From NCBI RefSeq assembly GCF_018350175.1, contig NC_058368.1:234486001-234550000 (forward strand): 64,000 nucleotides of DNA. The letters run 5' to 3'. Positions 12,511 through 25,340 of the stretch are shown here, piece after piece. The position numbers and the translations under genes were made by a program. The notes below the pieces were generated by a model. That model was not told the DNA's origin. It did no database searches and saw only the letters and a list, made by a program, of their open reading frames with translations. Within the stretch, counting starts at the first letter, position 1, and the number at the start of each line of letters is the position of its first letter. Source of the stretch: Felis catus. Its lineage: Eukaryota.

Positions 12511-12877
12511 GCTCTGAGGAGCCTCATACCTGTCCCACAAGAGCAAGTCATAGGCCTAAGAGACATTGTCGAAAATGGGAAAGTATTGGGAGCAGAGCTC
12601 GAGAGAAGAAGGTAAGCGGGTTTCACGGAAATCTGAACACATCCTGCTTCCCTTTCTGGCAGATGCTGCTGTGAGAGTCTGGGGTGGGGAGGAACCTGGT
12701 TTTCTTTTACATACGGAAGGAAGAAAAGTTTCACATCTCCCTCAAGTACCCACGGGCTATTTTGTGTTGTTCATAAGCGAATTTCTGTGAGGACCTGTGT
12801 ATTTCTCTCCAGAGGAAGGTAAATGATACACATTACGTAGGGGAGAAAACAGCTCACATTTGCAGATTTCTCTTATT

Positions 12878-12895
12878 TATAAAATGTTTATTTAT

Positions 12896-12937
<42 letters not shown>

Positions 12938-13113
12938 CATGTGAGAGCAGGGGAGGGGCAGAGAGAGAGAGGGAGAGAGAGAGAATTCCAAGCAGGCTCT
13001 GTGATGTCAGCACAGAGCCCGACGAGAGGCTCGATCCCACGAACGGCGACCTCATGACCTGAGCCGAAATCGAGAGCCAGATGCTTAACCGACTGAGCCA
13101 CCCAGGCGCCCCC
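12878..13113 (-). mobile_element. CAN-SINE with a long (GA)n tract
   Basis: SINE body ending cccaggcgcccc. Confidence 0.93.
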
Positions 13114-13172
13114 ACATTCACAGACTTCTAACAAGTATCTGTTCTTCCAAGAGATTTGACCTGTTAGCATTG

Positions 13173-13206
<34 letters not shown>

Positions 13207-13439
13207 ACAGGTGAAAACTTTGCCCCCTGGTGACCCCAGTGGTGATTGCATCATTAAGCCAGCCCTAAATAAGAAGGTTGAAGATCAGTGAGCAGAGCAG
13301 AATGCCCGTGCCGTAGGACTGCCACTCGATGGTGCCACCGGAGGCTCCGTGACACCTGGGGCGCTCGCTTCTCATTTGCACCCCCAGACTGAGAGACGGA
13401 GCCGGACAGAGGCCCTGGGCAGCACGAGGACCGCGGGTC

Positions 13440-13537
13440 GGGTCTGCAGGCTTGGGCACAGAGCCTGCTTGAGCTTCTCTCTCTCCCTGCCCCTCCCCTG
13501 CTCACTCTCTCAAAATAAATAAACCTTAAAAAATAAT
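13440..13537 (+). mobile_element. CAN-SINE 3' fragment
   Basis: gagcctgcttgag...ctctccctgcccctcccctgctcactctctcaaaataaataaac. Confidence 0.7.
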
Positions 13538-13738
13538 GTGTTTTATTTAGTCAGATGTATCTAAAATATAATTTCAACACATAATCAATATCAAATTATT
13601 AAAGAAATGTGTCACGTTCCTCTTGGCTGTCCGTGCTCAGTCTTGACATGTGGTGGGTCTTATGGACTCTAACCACGTCTCAGTTTGGAAAGGCCACATG
13701 TGGCCAACAGCCACCATATTGGCCGGTGCAGCTTAGAC
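13538..13738. mobile_element. hAT-Charlie DNA transposon relic (MER3/MER33-like)
   Basis: atatctaaaatataatttcaacacataatcaatat... and ggccacatgtggccaacagccaccatattggccggtgcag terminus. Confidence 0.65.
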
Positions 13739-14361
13739 CCAGGTTGCAGGTGTTAAGTGGGCCAGTGGTGGATGAGGTGGACGCAGGAGGTTGCCCAGGT
13801 CCTCAGAGCCCGAGGCGATCCCTCCCTGGGAGAGGCCCCCTGTCGTCCCTCCTCAGCCCTCCTGGTCTGGTGGCCCTTACCGCGCTGGGCACGGAAGCGT
13901 GGCCGAAAGGTCAGCTTATACTTATTTTGCTACAATCAAATCGAAATTGAAATAAAAGGGAGAAAAATCGGAAGTGAAAAGGCAAAGCAGACGAAGCCAC
14001 CCGGACGGCACTTCCAAAGCAGGGTAGGAATGCTTTGTCTGGGTCCCGCGGGAGGTGGGGGAAGGCGTTGAGGACACACGGAATGGACTTCCCCTGGGCA
14101 GTGCTGGGACCAGGGCACCGGGGTAAGGACGTGGGGGCGCCCACCCCGCTGGCCAGCGTGAGGGTCAGAGCGTCTGGCTCAGGACAGGCCGTGGAGCGTG
14201 GGGCACTCAGGGAGCGGGCCTTGTCAGTGCACTCATAGTGTCCACAGGGTGCCGTGACCCGACGCAATGCCGGAGGGCCATTCTTTGCTGTGCTTTATTA
14301 TTTCCCTTGGCACCAAACGTTCCCAGGGCTCACCCTGACCTCGTTGCCTCAGCCTCAGCCT

Positions 14362-14695
14362 GTGTGCCGACCGAGTGGTTTGCCCCCAAATTCCTACATT
14401 GAAGTCCTGACGCCAGTGGGCCTGTAATTGGATGTGGGGCCTGGTAGGAGGTAATAAGGCTAAAGTGGGCTCTGAGGCCGGGGCCCTAATCCCATGTCCT
14501 CGTAAGAAGAGGAAGAGTCGGCAGGGACGTGTGCAGGGGAAAGGCCAGGTGAGGACACAGGGAGAAGACGGTCAGTTGCGGGCCAAAGAAAGAGGCTGGA
14601 CCTTGATCCCGGACGTCCGGCCTCCAGTGAGAAAATGAAAGTGCTCTTTAAGCCGCCTGGTCTGTGGTCATCTGTTGCGGCGGCCAGCGAGGCCT
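14362..14695 (+). mobile_element. MLT1 (MaLR) LTR
   Basis: cccccaaattcctacattgaagtcct..., gtaagaagagga, gtgaggacacagggagaagacgg, tttaagccgcctggtctgtgg. Confidence 0.75.
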
Positions 14696-17276
14696 CCGAA
14701 GACAGCCGTCCCAACACAGCGTCTTCTGGCTGGAAGCTCGCTCCCAGCCCTGGGCCCGTCTGGGATGAAGCACGCGCCGTGTCTAAGACCTCAGGCTCCC
14801 TCCTGGGTTCCAGACAGTCACGTGACGCTCTCGGCTGTGTTTCTGGGTCCCACTGGGACCATGCAGGCGTCCGTACACCCCACCCCCACGCCCCATGTCC
14901 TGCGTCAGCTGTGTCCTGGGACTTAGCTCCTGCTCCAAACGCCCACCGGGGTCTGCTCACGTGCCACCTGGGCCTCCTGCCTGAGCACTGGGCGCGTGGC
15001 GAGCCCCACCGTCTCTCGGAAGGAGGTGGCATCGTACTCGGCCATCACCTCTGTCCTCCCGCATCCCTACACCCTGCTGTGCTGGTGAGCCCCGGCCCCA
15101 CCGACAGCCTGCTTCCCTGCCCGTGGGTGACAGAGCCCTCGCATCCTGCAATCCTGGGATCCCTCCCTGCGGTGGCCCCGGGGTTCCCGGCCTCCTCTGC
15201 TGGTGGCCCTGCTGCCATTCCCCAGTGTCCTCCAGTGGCTCTGTCCCCAGCCCCGTCCTGCAGGAGCCTGCCGTCTGTCCTCCTTGTCTACCCCGTGTGC
15301 CCCCACGTGCCTCTCGCCGTGTCCAGTAGACAGATTTCCCTGCTTCACCCTTCGTGCGGGTGAGTCCCCAGGCGTCCCGGCTGCGTGCAACGAGGCTCAT
15401 CAAGGGCTTGTGTCCAGACACCTCTGCGGATGGGAACCACCGGGTGTTCTGGCTCCAGGCGTCCTGACTTCTCTGGACTTGGAGTCCAGCCTTATTCGTT
15501 TCTTCTGAGATCTTCCTCATTGTCTTATGAGCGCAAACATGCACTGAAAAACACGCAAACACGTATTACAAACATGGCTTTTTAGGTGCGTTGGAGCGGG
15601 GCAGTTTTCAGGGTCTGACCTCTCCCGGACGGTGCGATCAGAGAAGCATGGGGTCTGGAATTACAATCAAGTCGCTTCGTGTGGTCGTGGCCACGCAGAC
15701 GTGGTGACAGCCCCTCCTGGACACACGTGGACCCATCTGCACGACAGCTGTCTGCGTCGGCCCACGGCAGCGAGGCGATCTTCCCGCTGGATGCGGTCTT
15801 TTTTCTCAGGGGGTCACAGAGGAGGCCTGTCACCCGGGTCCTTGTCCTCCTAACGCAGGAGCTCCGCTGGCGTCTGCTGGGCCCCGCCGTCCGAGCTTGC
15901 TGTGCCCTGAGAATCTGTGCCCTGCCTTCCCTCTGCCCTTTGTGGAGCCAGCTCTCCGTCCAAACACCTGCAAACCCCTTGCATTCCACACGTAGTTCAC
16001 GGCAGCCACGAGCCGACGCGTTTGGGGCGGCCACACTCAGGGCGCAATTCCCCCCCCCACTTCCGGAGGAAGAAACACGGTGAATGGCTAGGGAGCACTC
16101 GGGGACCCCGGAGGACGCTTCGGGCTGACATCCAACCAGTAATCGACCCTCGCGGGGACATCGTGAGAGACTCAGGAAGTATGCCGCGGGACGAGACATG
16201 CCATGCCGGCTCAGACTACCTCTAGACACATCGCCAGAGAGAGGCACGGAGGGCACGTTGTGCTGACGGGTGGCTGAATGACCACGTGGGCCTTTGGTAA
16301 ATCATTAGAAACGGTCACAGGCCAGCCTGGGGTCCAGAGCTGTGCTCTGGGATTCCAGGGCGCCAGTTCCCCATAGAAAGTGAGTCAGTATTTACTTACG
16401 CACTTCTGGTGTTCCCAGATATCCTCTCCCACGGCTCCTGATTCTGCAAATTTCCCAGCATGACTCTGAGCAGACACATAGGTTCTTTAGGAGGGCTTTA
16501 CTCCATCACCGTCCTTGTGAAATGGGTCCCGTTGAGAGGTCTGCAGGACAGAGGGACACAGGTGTAGACATCCACAGGTGTGGACATGGGCGTAGACGCC
16601 CAGGTGTGGGGGGCTGCACTGGGCAGGGGAGGCCCGTGGTGGGGTGCCTGAGCTCAGGGACTGTAGGGCCACCATGCTGTCCCCGAGCAGGAAGGGACCC
16701 AGCCTCAGGCTCCTGACTCCGCTGCTCTGCTCTCGGACGTGCCAGAGGAGTTGGGGTCCCGTCTCCCGCCAACTTCCAGGGCCGGGTCTCAGGATCCTCT
16801 GCGTGGGGAGCACCGAGGTGACCAGAAAGCAGGGCTTGTGCTGACTCTGGCTCGCTCTGCTGGGCGCTGTGCTCCTAGCTTCCTCAGGGGTCACCTGCCG
16901 CCCTGAGTCACCCCAACCACCTGCTGGGGGCACTTGTGTTGGCTCCCAGCCCCCGTTCCTGCACAGGGAGCGGGATTGCGGCCGGGCCCCAGGCCTGGAG
17001 GTGGGGAGAAGGGGCCGCCGGCCTGGGGGCTCCCTCAGACCGAGCACTGGGACCTTTCCCAGGGAGGGGAGCCCCCTCCTTCCTGCGGTGCTAGGGAGCC
17101 AGGGCTCCGCGGTCAGCCCGGCAGAGGCCTGAGCAGGGGATGGGGGCAGAGCCAGGCCTCCTGTCCCACCGGGGCCCGTGCTGAGCCACTGTCAGGAGAC
17201 CGACATGGTCACAGCGCCTCCTGAGAGCATGTGGTTTTTGCACATCATCCAGGATGCCCTGGGGGGGCAGGTGAAG

Positions 17277-17570
17277 CAAACTGCCAGATGAAACACGGGC
17301 CACTCAGGTAAATTCAAACTTCACATTAAAAAAAGTTTTGGGGGCACCTGGCTGGTCATTAGAGCATGGGACTCTTGATCTCCGGGTCGTGAGTTCAAGC
17401 CCCACATTGGGCACGAAGCCTATTTAAACACAATTTTAATAAGTTCTCGGTATCAGTATTTCCTATGCAATACTGGGACACACTTACACTAAAAAAATTA
17501 TCCATTGCTATCTGAAATTAAACTTTAACTGGGCTTCCAGTGTTTTTATTTGCTGGATCTGCAACACTCC
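17277..17570. mobile_element. MER53-like hAT element with a short tRNA-derived SINE inserted at about 17340-17430
   Basis: Quasi-palindromic body ...gggacacacttacactaaaaaaattat...atctgaaattaaactttaactgggc...ctgcaac; the insert has SINE A/B-box sequence. Confidence 0.7.
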
Positions 17571-17914
17571 GGGGCTGGGAAACGTGTCCCTGTAGGAGGG
17601 GATGTGGTTCAAAAATCCAAGGATCCTTTTCTCTTCCGACCTTCCGTAGGGCCAGCCCTCTCTGCCGCCCCATCAGAACCTGTGGGGATTCCCTTCCTCA
17701 GCCTCCGTTCATTCTCAGAACAGACACTGATTGAACACCTGCTGTGCGTTGGCAGGTGGGAACCCCCACAGTCCCTGTCAGGGTGGACACGGTAGCCTCC
17801 AGGTCAGGTCCAATGGCAGGGGGGGGGCAGGTGCCCAATAGGCTGGGGCAGGAGAGCCTGGGCGTGGGGATGACAAGGGAAAGAAGGGCAGGACCAGCCG
17901 AACACCTGGAAGGT

Positions 17915-18399
17915 GTTAGGGACAGAAGGAACAGCCTGTGTTAGGGACAGAAGGAAGCCCTCACTAGGGACAGAAGGAAGCCTGTGCTAGGGACAGAAGG
18001 AAGTCCACATTAGGGACAGAAGGAAACCCACATTGGGGACAGAAGGAAGTCCACGTTGGGGACAGAAGGAAGCCCACGTTAGGGACAGAAGGAAACCTAC
18101 ATTGGGGACAGAAGGAAACCCACATTGGGGACAGAAGTAAGTCCATGTTGGGGACAGAAGGAAGCCCACGTTAGGGACAGAAGGAAACCTACATTGGGGA
18201 CAGAAGGAAACCCACATTGGGGACAGAAGGAAGTCCACATTAGGGACAGGAGGAAACCCACACTGGGGACAGAAGGAAGTCCATGTTGGGGACAGAAGGA
18301 AGCCCACGTTAGGGGCAGAAGGAAACCTACATTGGGGACAGAAGGAAGTCCACATTAGGGACAGAAGAAAGTCCATGTTGGGGACAGAAGGAAGCCCAC
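17915..18399. repeat. Minisatellite of 21 units, 23 bp each (RTTRGGGACAGAAGGAARYCYAC; first unit 25 bp)
   Basis: Units counted directly; no unique spacers. Confidence 0.97.
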
Positions 18400-19029
18400 G
18401 CAGGTAAAGAGGCAGTCAGAGAAGAGGTGAAGCTTAGGGAGGTGTTCCTCCACGCTGGGCCCTGCTCTGGGCGCTTGGGGCACACTGTGGGCACACCCCC
18501 ATTCTAGAACCCCAGTGCATGTGGTGAGGAGCACAGCAGCTGAGAGGGGGCCAGGGTGAGGCTGGGGTGGAGGTGGGTTGTGGCTACAGACTAGGGCTGA
18601 GAAGGGCCTGGCTGGGCAGATGAGGTTTGATCCAAGGCTTTGCAGGGCGTGTCCTGGGGGCGTGGGCACCTCACAAGGAGGTCATGCCGTCCGTGGTGAC
18701 CCCTGTATCCAACCTGCTCCCCCACGCTGGGGCCTGCGCACTAACAGCTCAGGTGTCCCTCGACCCAGGTCCCGGAACTGTCCTTGGCTCTCCTACCCCT
18801 TGCTCTGAATCTCTCCTGGGATCAGTCTCCCCTGCACGTCCCTGTTTCCTGGGAGCCCGGCTGGAGGACAAGGTTATCCCAACACGCCTGGCCTGGGGAC
18901 CACTCCATGCCTGGGCCGGGCTTGCAAACGAACGTCTGGGCCCTTCCTTGAGCTGTCAACACTGCCCGGGACACCTGCGGGCACCTGCCGCTTACCCCCT
19001 CGCTCTGGACCCGGGGCGGGGGGGTGCGG

Positions 19030-19432
19030 CGTGTGATTTTCTGCTGGAACAGTACCACAACCAGCGGATACAAACAACACCCCCTTGTTCTGGGAGTCAG
19101 CAGTCCTGAAGTCTGGCCGTGGCAGGACTGTTACTTCTAGAGGCTCTAGGGGGAGCCCACTTCTTGCCTTTCCCGGGTTCTGGAGGTCACCTGCCCTTCT
19201 CCACCCGTGGCCCTTTCCTGTGTCACTCCTGCTTACGACCCTGTCATCACATCTCCTCTGTGACACTCCCGCCCCCTCTCATAAAACCACACTTTGATCA
19301 CACTGGATCCACCCGGATAATCCGGGATAATCTCTCTATCTTCACTGGATCACACCTGAAAAGTTGCTTTCGCCATGAAAATTCTCAGGGTAACGGATTT
19401 GAGGGGTTAGGACGGCCCCGTAGTATGGGTGT
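19030..19432 (-). mobile_element. MLT1 LTR
   Basis: tctagaggctctagggg...ttcttgccttt...cccggataatccgggataatctc. Confidence 0.7.
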
Positions 19433-21771
19433 GCCCCCACCCCCCGCCCCGTCCCAGCGCTGACCACAGGCTGTAAGCCGTGTCCTTACACGCTTCCTCA
19501 TCGCTTAGGATGCGTCTCTTGGGCCCGCTGACACATGGCTGGCCTGGGCCTTCAGGTGGCTAACCCCACACCTGTGTGAGGAAGGGGCTCTCCTGGATGA
19601 GTCTCGGGGGACCGGGGGTCTCCCATCCTTGCTCCCCTTTATTTGCGTGGTTCAGCCACAGCGCCTTAAATACACGGAAGGTCTTCCTTACCCTCCTTGC
19701 TCACCCAGACATCCTCATGGTGTCCTGGCCACGTAGTTTCCTGTCTGTGTCTCCTCTCTCACCATTTTTTTTTTTTTTTTTTTGCCTTTAGTGAAAAATT
19801 ACAGGAAATCTATGGCTTTTCCCCCTACTGAAATGGGGGAAAAAAAATGAAAAGAACCCACACGAATAGAACATTAGGAAACTCAGGCGGGCAGTGGGGG
19901 CCCGTCCCGCAGGAACCTACGGCTTCCAGGCCCACGCAGCCTCGCTCCCCGCCAGGGCCCATGTTCCGACGGCCCCTCTGGACCAGTGCCAGGCACCCCC
20001 AGCAAGGGCGGGAAGCTTTTCCCGGTGCACCTCCTGCTTCTGTCCAGCACTTAGAGTCACGGGGAAGGAAAGGAAGCTTTCGAGAGAAAGAAAATACAGT
20101 TCTCCACATGAGAGAGCAAGGAATTACAGGGTGGACTCTGGACGGCTATTTCCGCATGGGTCCTGCTTCCGTGGCTGCTTCGTGCCCAGTCTGTGGTCGG
20201 GAAATGCCAGCCTTCTGCGTCAGGCTTGCAGTCGAGAGGCGGTGGCCTCCCGTGGGCCGGTGTCCCCAGCAGACACCACTGGGTCACGAGGCCTTTGTGC
20301 CAAGTGCACCCCTGCCCCAGGGCCCCCCGAGGGGCATGTCCCCTGAGACCATGGCCCCTGAGACCCTGAGACCAGGGCATGGCCCCTGAGAACACTGGCT
20401 CCAGGGGAACCTGTCAGAACCTGCCTCTAACTTGGGAGGCGCTGTTGTTCCCTCCTTATCTCAGTGAGAGAACGTGATCCGACCACAGTCTCAGTGTTTC
20501 ATTTAAGCCCCGGCTGGATCAGCTTTGGGAAGACAAGTAATTAACATCGCCTAGAACCACCCACACGTTCACACATGCCGTTCAGAAACTGCCAGCCACA
20601 GGGGAGGGGGTTTCTGAGCCTCTCTCTTCCCCTAGTCTCTATTCCTGACCTCCCTCTAATTATAAAATGTTCTGTCTCTCTCATTAACCCTTCGCCAGGC
20701 CTCACAGCCCCGACCGTGCACAAGGCAGGCAGGGGCCACCGGATGACGGCCATCAGGATAATGAACATGAGGCTATTCAGTGTTGGGGCACATCCGTGTG
20801 GGTTCATCCTGGGACAAGTGAGAGTTTTCTGCTGGTGGAGAGAAGGTGACCAGGAGAATGCGGGGGAAAGGAGGGGACTTTCTGTCTGGGCTTCGGGCAG
20901 TGCCGCCTTTGGGGGTCCCAATGCGTTGAGGCCCGAGCGGTGGGTGGGCTTGCAGGGAGCTCAAGGGGCTTTGGGGCAAATTTGCTTCTCAGAGCGCAGC
21001 AGCGTTTCCCAGCAGGTGTTGGTGATGAATTTATAGAGTCGGCCGTTTTTCTTCCTGGAGGAGATTTACCTTTTTATAGCAAAATGAATCTCCCGTTTCT
21101 CTTTCTCCCGATGCTGCAATGTCCCCACGTTGTCGTCTGTTCACAGCCAGGTGGGTGGTGAGCAGCGGAGGCGACCGGCCGGGACTGTGGGGAGGCATCC
21201 GCAGGACCGCATGGCGGAACGGGTGCCATAGGCTGGTGACTCAGTGAACACCTCCCTACGGGTCTGCATGACTCAGAGCACTTTGATTTGGTGGAGGAAA
21301 AGCCAGTTAAAGGAAAGGCACACTGAGACAGCTGGTGATTCACTCCCCCGAAGGAGTCAATGTGGGGCTTTCTAGTGAGATGAGCTGACCTCGAATCGCC
21401 TTCGGCGGATGCTTAAAGCAAGCGGAACAACATTGGTCTTTCCTCCTCCTTTCTCCCCAGAGTCTCCATTCCAGGAGCTGCGGGCCCACGTGTCCTTCCT
21501 ATGGCAGGGCCGTGGGTGAACTGACGTGCTAAACGGGGTAGGTCACGGCCAGGTCTGCTCCTCAGCTCCCAGCAGCACCCGGATGCCCTGAGGTGGACAC
21601 GAGCCTGACCTTCCACTGCGGAGGCGTGATGCATATGGGGACAAGGCACGGACAGCAGTCTCTGGGGAAGGTGATCTGCAGGTCACAGAGTGGGGCGGGC
21701 TTGGCCCCAGAGCCAAAGGCCAGCAGAGCCAGCATATCGGCGTGAGTGCAAATTTCCACGTTGACGGTGAC

Positions 21772-22205
21772 ATCGGGAGTGGGTTGAATGGTGGCCCCCC
21801 AAAAAGACATGTGCATGGCCTATCCCCTCATACCTGGGAATGTGACCTTATGTGGAAGCGTAGTTTGCAGACGTAATTAAGAGTCTTGGGATGAGGACAT
21901 CATCTTGGATTATCAAGGTGAGCCCTACGGGCAATGCCCAGCGGTCTAAGGAAAGGCAGGGGAAGACTTGACACAGAAGGAGGCAGGGATTCGAGGTTGC
22001 AGCTACAAGCCAAGGCACGCCAGGAGCTCCCGGAAGCTGGAAGAGGCAAGAGAGATCTCCCCTAGGGCCCTCAGAGGGAGCGTGGCCCTGGCAGCATCAT
22101 GACCTTGGACTTGCGGCCTCGAGAACACGAAGGGTTAAATTTCTGCGGTTTTAGTCCACCCAGTTTGTGGTGATCCTTTGGGGCAGCCCCAGGAAACAAA
22201 TGCAA
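21772..22205 (+). mobile_element. MLT1 LTR (MLT1C/D-like)
   Basis: gggttgaatggtggcccccc...gaatgtgacctta...tttgcagacgtaattaa...ggaagctggaagaggcaag...gcagccccaggaaacaaatgca. Confidence 0.82.
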
Positions 22206-22324
22206 TGGCCAAGTGCCCAAAAAGACCCACAACTCCACATCAGGGCAAGGCCCACCCTCCTCTACCGGAACCTTCTCTTCACCACAGAGTTCCACGTGTC
22301 CGGGTGGGGGCAAAGCATCTGACT

Positions 22325-22850
22325 GGCATATTCGTTTTTTATTGCTGTGTGACTTTCAGCAGTTAAAATAGCAACACACGTGTTGTCTCTCAACTCCCGT
22401 GGGTCAGGAGTCCAGGCTCGGGGCAGCGGGGACCCCTGCTCAGGGTCTCACCAGTTTGTTGTCAACATGCCAGCTGGGCTGCCTGCCTTTCTGGAGGCTG
22501 GGGTCGTCCTCCAGGCTCAGGGAGTTATTGGCAGAATTTAGTCCCTTGCACCCATAGGACTGGCCTGTTTCTTATTGGTGTTGGCTGGGGGCCTCTCTAG
22601 GCTCCCAGAGACCCTTGTGCCAACCCGCGTGGCCCCCGTGACTTGGCAGCTTAGTTCTTTAAGGCCAACAGGAGAATCTCTCTTTTCAGGGCAGGTCTAG
22701 ACTCATCTCCCTCTTGCCCTTCAACATGACATAATCAGAGGTCATATCCCATTATCCTTCCATATTCCATCGGCCTGCCCCCATGATGGAAAGAGGATCG
22801 TACGAGAGTGTGACTCATTCGAGGGTCACTTTCAGCTGTGGCTGACTCCC
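22325..22850 (-). mobile_element. Older MLT1 LTR (MLT1F-like)
   Basis: gtgggtcaggagtccagg..., gctcagggtctcacca, ttggcagaatttagtcccttgc. Confidence 0.65.
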
Positions 22851-22981
22851 CTGGGGCATCTTTATTCCTGGGGCTGCTCTCTGTAAGCCTTCAACTTTTT
22901 CAAGTTCTCTTCCTTCTGCTCCTGGAGTCCACTATCACACCGTTGTGACCTTTGCTCCTTATTTAAGAAAGTACCAATGTC

Positions 22982-23290
22982 AGGGCGTCTGGGTGGCTCA
23001 GTTGGTTAAGCATCTGGCTCTTGATCTCCGCTCAGGCCTTGATCTCAGGGTTGCGAGTTCAGGCCCCGTGTTGGGCTCCGCACTGGGTGTGAAGTCTACT
23101 TAAAAAAATAGGGGTGCCTGGGTGCTCTTAGTAAGTGACTCTATGAGGTCAGGATCTCACAGCTTCGTGGGTTCAAGCCCTGCACTGGGCAGTGAGGAGA
23201 CTGCTTGGGATTCTCTCTCTCTCCTCACTCTCTGCCCCTCCCCGACTCGCACTGTCTCTCTCAAAATAAATAAATAAACTTCAAAAAATA
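22982..23290 (+). mobile_element. Two adjacent CAN-SINEs (short form 22982-23108; degenerate long form 23111-23290)
   Basis: Two successive gggcgtctgggtggctcag / ggggtgcctgggtg heads, each with an A-rich tail. Confidence 0.85.
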
Positions 23291-23389
23291 GAAACTACCA
23301 AATGTCACTAAAATCTTGGTACTCAAACATTTTTGGAAATTCAAAGAGAGAAGTTCAAAGGGAGAGCCTCTGGTGGGAGAGCATCGAAT

Positions 23390-23770
23390 CACCTGCCAAC
23401 TCACAAGTCCCAGATCAGGCAAACTTCCGTCTGGAGGCCCTGAGGGACAATCCATCATATGCCTCCCTCCCAGGCTCTGGTGTTTCTATCTATCCTTGGT
23501 GCTCCCTGGCGTAGACTCGTCCCTCCAATCTCTGCCTCCCTATTCACATCACCTTCCCTGTATCTCTGTGTTTCAATCTCCCTGTGCCTTTCTCCTGTAA
23601 GGATACTTGTCATTGGATTTGGGGACCAGCCTAAATCCAGGACGATCTCATCTTGGCATCCTGGCCTAAATTACATCTGCAAAGACTTTTGTTTTTCAAA
23701 TAAGGTCGAATTCACAGGTTCTGGGCTTAGGACTTGGACAGATTTTGGGGGGGACCACTATTCAACCCAC

Positions 23771-23773
<3 letters not shown>
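23390..23773 (-). mobile_element. MLT1 LTR (MLT1C-like), followed by (TA)n at 23774-23806
   Basis: taaggatacttgtcattggatttgggg...aattacatctgcaaagac...aataaggtc...attcaacccactac. Confidence 0.8.
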
Positions 23774-23810
<37 letters not shown>

Positions 23811-24589
23811 AATTTTTTCCTTCACATTCTAAGATGGTCCTAGTTATTGGATGCATTACGTGCCATGTGCGTATGTAGATATATTTTACACTCATAAGGC
23901 AACATGACTAGAAGTAACAAGGCCCCCATTTCTGGTCCCAGATTTACAAGATATTGGATGAGGACCCTGGAGTCTGGATGTAACTTCCTGAGCTTTAAAA
24001 CACCTCCTGAAAAAGGAGATCTCTGGGTTGTAAAGAATCCTTTCACCATTTGAAGTCTTCTGAGTCACCTCATTTGAAACCGTCTGTGTGCTGGGAAATG
24101 TTTGAACAGGCTCTGAGCTGAGGACCCAGCCTGGGACAGACGTAACCAAAGTAAATGACAGAGTTCTTTCCAGGGAGGCCCTTTCCAGTTCATTTATTAA
24201 ATAAACCTTTGGCATGAAAATTGGGAGTGGGGCCTTTGGTTTTATTGCCAACACTTTCTCCAGTCAACTTAGCCAACTCCAAGCTGTCATTTACTAGAAA
24301 CAGCCTTTATTCCCACCGTTTGAACGTGGTGGGAAGGTCTGACCCTGGATGCCGTGGAGTCCAGGGGTCTGGGGACCAGGGACCGAGGACACAAGCTCAG
24401 TAGGTGACAGTAGGGACCCCCAGGGAGACTCTATTCACGGAAGAGGGAGGGAGGCAGCTTTGCCTGGAACTGTATCTTGTTTCGGAAGTTAATATGTTTT
24501 ATGGGAAAGTAATAGCATAAAATGTAGAAACTACAGTAAAGTGGAAAGAAAACCCTCAAAACAATGAGAATAAGGCTGCATGAATCAGG

Positions 24590-24591
<2 letters not shown>

Positions 24592-24624
<33 letters not shown>
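24592..24624. repeat. (TG)n microsatellite
   Basis: Directly visible. Confidence 0.95.
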
Positions 24625-24627
<3 letters not shown>

Positions 24628-25110
24628 CATGCACGTGAATTTGGTAGTAGTTAAGAAGGACTGTCTAGTTAAGAGTGTTAAAAGGGGTAAACTTTGGAAA
24701 GTTGTAGCTAGAAATATTCCCTGGAGGTAGAGATCTAAAAGTTGGTTTAGGATTGACTTCATGTAATGTTTTAGTGACACAGGAAACTAATTGACCATGT
24801 TTAAGTGAAATCAGATTAGAAAAATCAATTACACTTTTCACGCCTGTTTCCTGTTTCCAAGCCTGGCGCAGAAAGGCTGTTAAATCTATCTCACAGCATT
24901 CCCTATGGAGAGGACGTGAGAACATAGTTCTAAAAGGTCTTTGAGAAATTAAAAGCTTTGCAAATGTAGACATAGAAAAAAAAAGGAATAGTTTCCTACG
25001 GAGAAGTTTATTATTGTTTAGAATTATTTAATTGGATTTAAGCTTCACAATTACTTATTAGAAAACCTTTCATTACCCTCCCCAAAATCTTTAAAAATTG
25101 CTCTGGGATA

Positions 25111-25277
25111 GGGGTGCCTGGGTGGCTCAGTCAGTTAAGCGCCCGACTTCAGCTCAGGTCATGATCTCACAGTTCATGGGTTCAAGCCCCTCATCGGGCT
25201 TTGTGCTGATGGCTCAGAGCCTGGAGCCTGCTTTGGATTCTGTGTCTCCCTCTCTCTCTGCCCCTCCCCTACTTGCA

Positions 25278-25317
<40 letters not shown>

Positions 25318-25340
25318 AATGAATAAACATTTTAAAAAAT
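25111..25340 (+). mobile_element. CAN-SINE
   Basis: Full body; TSD gctctgggata on both sides. Confidence 0.94.

Noticed and set aside
14460..16256. Cluster of 190-240 aa ORFs
   Set aside because: They partly overlap an MLT1 LTR, are open on both strands, and resemble no protein family.
17915..18399. CRISPR-like regularly spaced repeats
   Set aside because: Units are head-to-tail with no unique spacers, there are no cas genes, and the context is eukaryotic. It is a minisatellite, and its ORFs (17964-18376) are repeat translations.
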